Shown here piece by piece: positions 50,890-59,744 of a DNA stretch of 64,000 bases. Both the position numbers and the translations under genes were made by a program. Every line of letters starts with the position of its first letter. The stretch's first letter is position 1. Below the pieces are notes generated by a model that was not told the origin of the DNA, searched no databases, and saw only the letters and a program-made list of their open reading frames with translations. This DNA is from an uncultured Chloroflexia bacterium (GTDB taxonomy: Bacteria > Chloroflexota > Anaerolineae > JAAYZQ01): positions 544,001-608,000 of the forward strand of contig CAVOXA010000010.1 in assembly GCA_963700285.1 (NCBI GenBank), written 5' to 3'.

Positions 50890-52059
50890 ATGACATATAC
50901 CATTCTCACAACGTGCCCCAACTATGGCAGTCGCAATGTGGGCGACAAGCTGATCGAACAGCGGACCAGGGAACTCGTTATTTGCGAGAAAGGACCTGTG
51001 CAGTTTCTCACCATCTTTCGTGAGGAGCCACTGGACGATCGACTGACAGAGATCAACGCTTCACGTGCTTTGCTAATGCCGGCCTTCCCCATCCGTGATA
51101 CACCGATGTACCCCGGAACCTACCGCCTTGTCGATGATCTGAGCGGTATCCGGGTACCCATGATTCCCATCGGCGCCAATTGGAACGTCTACCCGGGCGA
51201 TGCCCAGAGCCGGCGTGATGTCCGCTACTCCGAGCAGACGGTTGCTTTCCTGCACTACATCGCCGACCAGGTGGATCGGATCTCCTGCCGCGAGCATCTG
51301 GTCCGCCGGGTACTGCGGAAGCATGGCATCCATAACACGGTCATGACCGGCGACCCGGCTTTCTTTGATCTGCTCCGCCTGGGAAAGCCAATGGCCCGCC
51401 CCTCCAGCGTGGAACGGCTGGCCTTCAGCCCACCATTGAGCCCCTTCTTTGTGGAACAAGCCGAGTCTGTCATGGAGATGCTGGCCGACCTGTTTCCCAC
51501 CGCGGAGCGGTTCTGTGCCATGCACCTGGCAGACGCGCACACGTCCCCTACTCTGCAGAGCGAAAACAGCGCGGCGATGCGCCCCGAGGTTGCAGAAAAG
51601 AACCGGCGCATCCGCCACAGGGCGGCGCAACTGGGGTTCGGATGCCTCGACCTGGCGGGCAACCTGGAAGCCATGTCCACCTATGATACCTGCGACCTGC
51701 ACGTGGGCTATGAATGCCACGCGCACCTTTACTTCCTCAGCCATCGCCTGCCCAGTGTACTGATCGCCGAGGATGCCCGCGGCGTGGGCTTTAACTACAC
51801 GCTGGGGGCAGGGGGCATCACCGGCTTTGTGCGGGCTCAGAGAGATTCGCGGGAAGTGCGCAAAAAGCATACGTCCGGCTACTGCACGTCGCTCCGCGAG
51901 TTGGCCCTGGCGCCGCCGCGGGCCGATGTACCTGAAGTGGTGAAGGGATTCCTGGAAGAGGAATTGGATACCGCTTTCCGGCGTTTCGTCGGGCTGTCAG
52001 CCTATCTGGATGAACTGTACGAACAGGTGATGCGTCCATTCATCCGATCCCTGCCCTGA
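50890..52059 (+). CDS. Polysaccharide pyruvyl transferase family protein
   Basis: NVGD.LI, ISCRE, MTGDPA, HVGYECHAH and EDARG motifs. Confidence 0.75.
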   Translation: MTYTILTTCPNYGSRNVGDKLIEQRTRELVICEKGPVQFLTIFREEPLDDRLTEINASRALLMPAFPIRDTPMYPGTYRLVDDLSGIRVPMIPIGANWNVYPGDAQSRRDVRYSEQTVAFLHYIADQVDRISCREHLVRRVLRKHGIHNTVMTGDPAFFDLLRLGKPMARPSSVERLAFSPPLSPFFVEQAESVMEMLADLFPTAERFCAMHLADAHTSPTLQSENSAAMRPEVAEKNRRIRHRAAQLGFGCLDLAGNLEAMSTYDTCDLHVGYECHAHLYFLSHRLPSVLIAEDARGVGFNYTLGAGGITGFVRAQRDSREVRKKHTSGYCTSLRELALAPPRADVPEVVKGFLEEELDTAFRRFVGLSAYLDELYEQVMRPFIRSLP

Positions 52060-52199
52060 TCCTTTATCAATGAACCCAGACTTCGGCCACGATTCGGAGT
52101 GACAGATTGGTTAAAGCTGCCGCAGACGAGTTCCTAGACATGCTGACGACGGAAAAACTACAGGCTCATCTAGCGTGGAAAGGCGAACCCTGGCGAGAG

Positions 52200-52552
52200 A
52201 CCATCGGTACCATGCTGTACCGGAATGTGTACCAATATTCGTAATCACAATTGGCAGAACAGCCTCGTCGATCATGCAGCGCACATAGGCGATCTTCGTC
52301 ATTCTCGACTGCAAGTGTTGCCCTGACATCCAATAGCTCAATGATGCGCCTTCTGGCATCAAAATCTTCCTCAGCTCTCACCAGGCCCAACCCAACCTCT
52401 TCAGCAAAGTCAACAACTGTTGATATCTGCTCGTCGGTCAGGGCCTGCGAGTCAATCTGGACTGACAGCTCGGCCCGCTCTTGCTCCAATCCTTGTATCG
52501 TCGCCCCCAGTCGCTCTCGGTTCTCGGCTAGTACTTTTTCGGAAAAGTCCCC
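52200..52552 (-). pseudogene. C-terminal relic of a probable large serine recombinase
   Basis: A coiled-coil followed by DFDARRRIIELLDVRATL resembles the typical 'E.rr.ii..Li..i.v' tail of large serine recombinases. It is frameshifted, and the N-terminus is replaced by IS sequence. Confidence 0.45.
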
Positions 52553-52554
52553 CG

Positions 52555-53148
52555 TACCTCCTCCCATCCCAGGACGCTCGCTGTACCGCAACCACATCCC
52601 CCTCCGTCCATTTTCCATCGATGGTCTGATACTCCACTATCCGCCCGGTATGGGAGATGCGACACACTACATGTTCTTCCTGTTCCCAAATCGTGCGCCA
52701 GACGGCCACATCATCGAAGCCGTGATCGACGATCCAGCTCACTGCCATGCGCTCTTTCAGAGGACGCACAGCCTGGCTGACTTTTTTCAACCCCCCGCTG
52801 CACTTCCAACGGTTCGCCTTCAAAGTCCTCTGCCACACTGGAGAACAGCCGGTGATACAGGATGCCCCGCCGGCCTGGTGTCACCTCCAATACATGCAGA
52901 GTCCGATAGCCGGGCACCAACTTGCCGTCCAAGTCTTTCACCTGCATCAGATCCGGCATCTCGCTGGCATACGGCTTCCGCAAATCCGATGGGTCTGCAA
53001 TCAGCCATAGTTCCTCTGTCTCCGACTCGGCCAGTTGTGCCACTCCGCGCTGACAAAGCGCCGCTGTCAAATGCTCTGCGTCCACCAATCCATCAAAGTG
53101 ACCGAGATACTCTGCAAATGGGCCTTGCCGAGTCATCTCTTCTGTCAT
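52555..53148 (-). mobile_element. Degraded DDE transposase (IS4/IS701-like) fragment
   Basis: LIADPSDLRKPYA..M..L...VPGY and, in another frame, WIVDHGFDD...VCR, giving two candidate catalytic Asp motifs. It is frameshifted and truncated; AGGAGG RBS. Confidence 0.6.
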
Positions 53149-53261
53149 CAATGTAATACCTCCTGAGCGTGATCTGTGCCTACTATACCAGACTGCTCTC
53201 GGAGGCATTTATGACAGAATGTCAGTCAGAGAGGATATTGAGACCACACCTCCATTGATAG

Positions 53262-53570
53262 TCACTGCCTATACCAGCGTCGGAATAGCCTGCCCATCCC
53301 GTCCTTAACCTGATCGCCGACCTCAACGAGTACGCCGGCCAATACCCCGCCGGTCTCAAACCCGATGGTGACTTCGCTGGCTGGAACCAAGGTCCCAGAA
53401 CCACTGGCGGTGTTGACCGGGTCGCCCCGGGTCGCGGTGTAAGTCGTGAGGACTTCCTCCTCGACCGGTTCCTGGGCCTGGAGGTAGCCACCGCTGTAGA
53501 CAAAGTAGCTGCTGCCTCCTGCTATCAGCACCAGCGCAATCGTGACAATCCAGAACAGCTTGCGTAACAT
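53262..53570 (-). pseudogene. N-terminal fragment of an efflux membrane-fusion (HlyD/MacA-like) protein
   Basis: TM anchor, RGD....SGSGTL.P and the start of the lipoyl half (G.L..V.VEVGDQVKDG), then an abrupt end next to the IS relic. Confidence 0.7.
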
Positions 53571-53814
53571 GTCGTTTGCCTCCTCTGTTCTTTCAGCTTA
53601 CTCTTAGCTTTCCCTCAGCATCTTCTCAGGTGGTTTCCCTACAATGGAATCGGCAGACCGCGGGGGTGGCCTCTGGCCAATGGGCACGGTGATGGCTTTA
53701 CATGGATGTCGAACGACGGTATAATGGCGGTGGAAAGGCAGCCGTGAGAGTATTTTAGAGCCGGAACTATCCACATAGACCATAGCAAGTCTCGAGTGTG
53801 CGAAAGGAGTCGCA

Positions 53815-55428
53815 ATGAGCGATACAGAACGACCGAATGTCATCCTAGTCCTGGTGGATGACATGGGCTTTTCCGACCTGGGCTGCATGGGGTCCGAGAT
53901 CCGGACGCCCAACATTGACGCCATGGCCCGGGAGGGAGTCTTGCTCTCCTCCATGTACAACTGTGCGCGCTGCTGCCCCACCCGCGCCTCGGTGTTGACC
54001 GGGCTCTACGCGCAGCGGGCGGGGATCGGGCAGATGGGGGCCGATCTGGGCACACCGGCTTATCAGGGCTACCTGCGTGACGATGCCGTCACCATTGCCG
54101 AGGTGCTGCGAGAGACCGGCTACCGGACCCTGATGTCGGGTAAATGGCACGTCGGCGGGGAATACGACGCTCGCGTCATCGATACCTGGCAGGTAGGCGC
54201 TCCCAACCGGCCCACCCCCCAGCAGCGGGGCTTTGACCGCTTCTTTGGCATCATCGACGGCTGCACCCACTATTTCTCTCCCCACTATTTGATGGAGGAT
54301 GGCGCGCGCATCACGTCGTTCGACGACGATTTCTACATGACCGATGCCATCGCTGACAAGGCCATCGAAATGCTAGAAGAGGGCCAGGACGACGACCGGC
54401 CCTTCTTCCTCTACCTGGCACACGTCGCCCCGCACTGGCCCTTGCACGCTCGAGATGAGGACATCGCCAAGTACGAGGGCGCCTACCTCAAGGGCTGGGA
54501 CGCCATCCGCACGGCGCGCCACGAGGAGATGCTCTCGCGGGGGGTCCTGCAGCACAAGTGGGAGATCTCGGCCCGGGATCCCGAGGCGCCGCCATGGTCA
54601 GAGGTTGATCTCTGCGACTGGGAGTCCCGCCGTATGGCGGTCTATGCGGCCATGATCGACCGCATGGACCAGTCCATCGGCCGGGTCTTGGAGGCCCTCA
54701 AGCGGCTGGGAGAGTATGACAACACGCTGATCTTGTTCCTGTCGGACAACGGCGGCTGCGCCGAGCTGATGGCCGAGGACGGCTGGGCCAAGTTCTTCCC
54801 CGACGTGACCCACGACGGGCGACAGATGACCATGGGCAACCGGCCCGATGTGGAACCTGGCGGCCCCCTGACCTACATGAGCTATGACCTGCCCTGGGCC
54901 AACGTCTCCAACACGCCCTATCGCAAGTTCAAGCACTGGGTGCACGAGGGTGGCATCTCCACGCCGCTCATCGCTCACTGGCCCAAGCGGTTTCAAACCC
55001 CCAGTGTGCACCATGCACCCTGCCATGTGGTGGACCTGCTGCCTACGATTCTGGATGCCGCCGGGGCCGAGTATCCCGCGGAGCTGGGCGGGCACGAGAT
55101 CCAGCCAAGGGACGGCGAGAGTTTTCTGCCCCTGCTGGACGGGGAGGCGTGGGGGCGCGAACAGCCCATCTTCTTCGAGCACGAGGGCAACAGCGCCATC
55201 CGGCTGGGCAGCTTTAAACTGGTGCGCGAGTTTGGCCGGCCCTGGGAGCTCTACGACATGGAGCAGGATCGCACGGAACTTCAGGACATCATCGGCAAGA
55301 ACAAACTGCTGGCCCAGCGGCTCGTGCACGAGTACGATGCCTGGGCCGACTCGGCCGGTGTGGTTGACTGGAGCATCCTGCTGCCCCGGCTCCAGGCCAT
55401 CTGGCAGATGGACGATATCCATGGCTAG
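53815..55428 (+). CDS. Arylsulfatase (Cys-type formylglycine sulfatase, AtsA-like)
   Basis: RPNVILVLVDDMGFSDLG, CCPTRASVLTG, SGKWH, APHWPL, SDNG and HEGGI motifs. Confidence 0.93.
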   Translation: MSDTERPNVILVLVDDMGFSDLGCMGSEIRTPNIDAMAREGVLLSSMYNCARCCPTRASVLTGLYAQRAGIGQMGADLGTPAYQGYLRDDAVTIAEVLRETGYRTLMSGKWHVGGEYDARVIDTWQVGAPNRPTPQQRGFDRFFGIIDGCTHYFSPHYLMEDGARITSFDDDFYMTDAIADKAIEMLEEGQDDDRPFFLYLAHVAPHWPLHARDEDIAKYEGAYLKGWDAIRTARHEEMLSRGVLQHKWEISARDPEAPPWSEVDLCDWESRRMAVYAAMIDRMDQSIGRVLEALKRLGEYDNTLILFLSDNGGCAELMAEDGWAKFFPDVTHDGRQMTMGNRPDVEPGGPLTYMSYDLPWANVSNTPYRKFKHWVHEGGISTPLIAHWPKRFQTPSVHHAPCHVVDLLPTILDAAGAEYPAELGGHEIQPRDGESFLPLLDGEAWGREQPIFFEHEGNSAIRLGSFKLVREFGRPWELYDMEQDRTELQDIIGKNKLLAQRLVHEYDAWADSAGVVDWSILLPRLQAIWQMDDIHG

Positions 55429-55443
55429 CAAGGAGGGCCGGCG

Positions 55444-55815
55444 CTGATCACCATACTCGTGGCCGATGACGACCACAAACTGCAAAACATGCTCCGCCGC
55501 ACACTCACCTACGAGGGATGCCGCGTCGTCACGGCCAGTGATGGCCAGGAGACCCTGGAGCAGGTCGATGCCAAGAAGCCCCAGGCCATCGTGATAGGTT
55601 GGATGATGCCCGAGCTGGACGGCGTGCAGGTACTGGACCACCTGAGGGCCGCAGGCGATGAGACGCCCATCCTGATGTTCACGGCCCGCGGTGCCATTGA
55701 GGATAGGGTCCAGGGCCTGGAGGGGGGCGCTGACGACTACCTGGTCAAGCCCTTTGCCGCCGTCGAGCTCGTGGCCCGGCTCAACTCCCTGCTACGCCGG
55801 TCGGCAACGGCCTAG
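55444..55815 (+). pseudogene. OmpR-type response regulator relic (receiver only)
   Basis: GADDYLVKPF..EL.AR. The phosphoacceptor Asp reads Gly (IVIGWMMP), the start appears as CTG after AAGGAGG, and there is no winged-helix domain. Confidence 0.7.
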
Positions 55816-55859
55816 TAGGAAAAGCCCCTGTCCCTTGGCTTGCGCCGATGCCTGGCCGC

Positions 55860-56330
55860 CTCTGCCGCGGGTACCGGTCCCCATCGAGCCGATCATCACA
55901 GAGGTATGCCGCCAGGCCCGCTTGCTTGCTCCCGGCCAGATGATTACCTGTGGCTCACCCCCGGACTTGGCTGTATGGGGTGAGGCCGACGCTATCAAGC
56001 AAGTCCTGTTGATCCTGCTGGATAACGCCCTCAAGCATGGCGACGGGCCGATTGCCGTTACGGGCAAGGCGCAGGGCGAACGAGTGGCAGTGAGCATCCA
56101 TGATGCCGGTCCCGGCATCGAACCCGATCTGCTGGCTCATCTCTTTGAGCGCTTTTCCCGGGGCAAAATGGTGCCGGTAGAGTCAGGCAGCGAGGCCGGC
56201 TCGGGGATCGGCTTGGGCCTGGCCATCGCCAAGGCATTGGTCGAGACGCAGGGCGGCACTATCGCCGTGGAGAGCCAAGTCGGGCAAGGCAGTGTATTCA
56301 CGGTGACTCTGGTTCAGGTGTCTGCTCTCT
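55860..56330 (+). pseudogene. Histidine kinase relic (HATPase domain only)
   Basis: LLDNALKH, DAGPGI, FERF and GIGLGL boxes are present; no H-box or sensor domain upstream. Confidence 0.7.
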
Positions 56331-56429
56331 TGATCGGCGCGGACAGGTACTACTTGAAGGCCGACAGAGGTCGGGGACCGCTGTTGCGAAAGAACGACGC
56401 GTTCATCTGCAGCTTTCGGATAAGGAAGG

Positions 56430-56458
56430 CAAAGGGGGTGGACAGTCCACCCCCTTTG
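56430..56458. terminator. Near-perfect palindrome, probable bidirectional terminator
   Basis: caaagggggtggac-a-gtccaccccctttg (14-bp arms) just past the stop at 56475, between convergent genes. Confidence 0.65.
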
Positions 56459-56474
56459 AAGTTCAAAAGACCAG

Positions 56475-59451
56475 CTAATGTGTGACTGTCTCTGCACACG
56501 TGCCGTCAGGCTGCGCTACACAAACCTGGATCTGGAACTCCTCCGCGGGTCCGGCCTGAAGGGCCCGCTCTGAAGAGAGCCCTTCACTCAGTACCCCAGT
56601 GACAAAGTTCGTCGGGCAAGCAGGTTCGCCGTCCAGGTAGGCAGCCACCAGGTCGTCAGACCGGGATGTGACAAAGACCCGCAATGTCGTTGGTTCAAAG
56701 GCGATCCCTTCCTGTGGTTCCTTGATAGCTTGGGCGTAAGCCCGGGCAAAGTACTCTGGCCAGCCCTTGGGCAGCATCAGAAACTTGTCCCAGCCCCCAT
56801 CCGCCTCCGTCGTGGTGACAAAGATGTGACCGGATGTACCAATGAGCGGGTTGACGGCGATCATGCGCAGTGGCACCGGCTCTCCGGCTGGCATGTGCCG
56901 GATCTCGGCCCAGCCCAGGAACGTGTCGGTATTGCCGTCGATGGCCACGATGCGGTAGCTTTCGATGGTGGCCACATAGACCAGATTGCGCACGGCATCT
57001 ACGGCGATGCCATAGGGGCCGCTGCTGTAGATGTCGATTTTGGTCACATCCCCCGCGCTGTCGATCACGGCCACCTTGCCTTCCCCGTGCAACGAAACGT
57101 AGGCCTTGTTCGTGACAGGGTTGATGGCCACCATCGAGGGCGCATTGCCAACGGCGATGGTCCGGTTGACCGTGTCAGTCACCCCATCGATCACCGATAC
57201 CGTGCCGCTGCCATAGTTCGCTACATACACCCGATTGGTGTTCGCATTTGCGGCAATACCATTGGGCTGCTGGCCGACTCCGAGGGTTTTGGTTGATCTG
57301 GGATCACTGGCTTTCAGCACGGTGATCGTGTTCGCCCCGCCATTGGCAACATAGATCCTGTCGTTGGCGGCGTTGTAGGCCACGCCGTTGGGCCCAGTCC
57401 CCACGGGTGCTGTATCCACCGCTGTGTAGGTCTCGCTGTTGATGATCGAAAGTGTGTCGTCATCGTGGTCGGTCACATAGAGCCGTTTCGCAGCACTGTT
57501 GGCCGCCACGCCGTGGGGCGCTTTGCCCACATCGACCGCTTGTTGGAACTGTGGAAAACAATCCGATGGGCCAGGGGGCGGGGTCGGCGTAGGTGGCACC
57601 GGCTCGCCGTCACAGACTTCTACCGATACGTCGTCCAGGTAAAAGCCGGTCACCCCGTTCTCGTCGCCATCATTGTACGCATTGAAGTAGAGCGTAATCG
57701 TCCGGCCGGCGTAGCCGCTCAAGTCGTAGGTCATCCGGGTCCACGAGGCGGTGTTGGCATTGGTCCGCATCAGAATGGCCAGGAGTTGGTCGTGCTCGTT
57801 CAGGAGGAGCGCCTCCTGGCGGTCGCCATCGTCCAACCCAGAGATGGGATAGTACCAGAAGGTCAGCGTCGCTTTGGCAGTATCGGCTGGGAGGGTAATG
57901 GCCTGCCGCACCGACGAGTAGCTGCGAATGTCAGCCTCGCCAGTCTTGAGGCCAAGCAGCAGCCGAACGGTCGCCGGTGTGTACCTGTTCAGTGGTGTAG
58001 CGGGCCGGGCGCGGCGTGATGCCTCTGAGCCAGGCCGTGTTGTCCTCAAAGCTTCCGTTCCGAACCAGTTCCTCGCACTCGGGGCCGACATGCGTGTAGT
58101 TTCTCAGGATGATGGGCAGGTAGAGGTAGCCCTGAGGATGCCGAAAGTAGACCGGCTCGGAGTCGCAGGCCGCGCCGGCACAGGCGGTCACCTGGGCAGT
58201 GCCAGGTATGGTCCCAGACGTCAAAGTGATGGTGGACACGCCACCGCTCGTCAGGTAGGCGCCATTGCGGTTGTGTCCGAACACGCCAAAGGCATCCACC
58301 ACAAGGTAACTGTCTGCCGAGTCGGGGTTCTTTTCCCCTGTGACCACCACTTCGATCAGGTGCGTGGCATAGGGCAGGTCTGTGGCTATCTGCTCTTCCT
58401 GTTGATGCAAAGTGCCCGTACCCGTGCCATCGTCCCAGTACGTGTCAATCCTTCGGAACAGCTCGCCGTCCACATAGACCTCGGCAATGCCGGCGTTGAA
58501 CTGCTTCTGGAAGAAGACCGATGCCATCGTGCCGACAAACTCGTAGGTCACCTTGTCGCCCACTGTGTTGGAGTAGACGCCCTTGCCGCCACTGGCCAGC
58601 GCGTCGCTGTATTCGGTCCAGTCTCCCACCTTGTTCACTGTGGCGCTCTCCGCTTCGGTCGTCAGTGCGCCGATGGGAACCGGGGTGAAGCTAAGCCCGC
58701 CCGGGAAGGTACCCAGGTCCGTTGCATAGACCACCACGGTGCCATCATCCACTGGATCACCCAGCTCGCTGTCTACCTCGGCTGTGAGTGTTGAGGTCGA
58801 GGTACCATCAGCCTTGATGGCACTTGGAGCTGCGCTGAGTTCCAGGGAGTGGGGCTGATGAGCGTCGTTGGTGATGTTGACCTGCCCGTTCCCCAGCGTG
58901 ACGTCAATGGGTAGTCCATCCGGATCGGAGAATGGATCGGTGGTAAGGGTCAAGGTGCTGCTCTCCCCAGCCGTACCCACCGCCTGGAAGGTGATCTCTG
59001 CCAGCCGAGGGTCTCCCGACACGCCGCTGGCAGAGATTGCCGTAAAGACCACCTGGTCCGGCGCTAGCTCAAAGTTGCACAGCGCCGTGTCGAAGAGATG
59101 GCCCGGATCGGCTGTACAGTCCGTGGCTTCCAGCACCGTGGGATCGTACTGGATCTCGATCGTGGTTGCGCCCAGAACCTCGCTGCCCAGGCTGGTATCT
59201 AGAGGAACCATGATGGTGTCCCCAGACGCTACGTTGCCCGAACCGATGGTCAACGTAGTGCCATTGAGCAACCCCGTGTTTGATAGCATGGCTCCCGCTG
59301 CGCTTGGTTCCGCTACGGCGGGCAAGGTCAGTACCAGTAGACCGGCGATCAAGGTGAGGAGGGGAAGCAGCACGCCAACCGATGCCATGTGCTTGGTGTC
59401 GCGCCACGGCCACCACCGCTGAGCCCTGATCACTGGGGGTTTTGACTTCAT
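56475..59451 (-). CDS. Secreted modular protein: cohesin-like, invasin-type Ig, beta-sandwich/CBM-like domains and YVTN propeller (apparent frameshift near 57963)
   Basis: AGGAGG RBS, signal/TM segment, cohesin-like domain about 58872-59258, IKADG.STSTLTA.V.D..G.PV.DGT.V Ig motif, YLYLPIILR, NGSFE domain, and YVTN/YVAN repeats. Confidence 0.75.
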
Positions 59452-59523
59452 GTTTTACCTCCTTGCAACGCGAAGCAGGGATTCGGAGCGAAGCTACCTA
59501 AATCCCATAGAAAAGGACCGTCA

Positions 59524-59542
59524 TCTTATACTGATTATAAGA
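59524..59542. promoter_or_regulatory. Palindromic candidate operator overlapping a -10 element
   Basis: TCTTATA-CTGAT-TATAAGA about 75 bp upstream of the start at 59451; the minus strand contains TATAAT. Confidence 0.45.
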
Positions 59543-59744
59543 CAAACTGACTAGAGAAAACAACCTCTTTAGAGAGGAGTTTAGGGAGGATTTTTTCGCT
59601 ACGATGGGTGTAGACTGAAGCACAGGCCATGGCGGAACCACAGAGGCAGAAACCAGAGTTCTGGGTCATGGACTTTGGATTCCCTGTGCTCTCCGCCTCG
59701 GGGATGAGAACGGGCGCTACAGCGAGAGCCCTATCAAATGCCTC

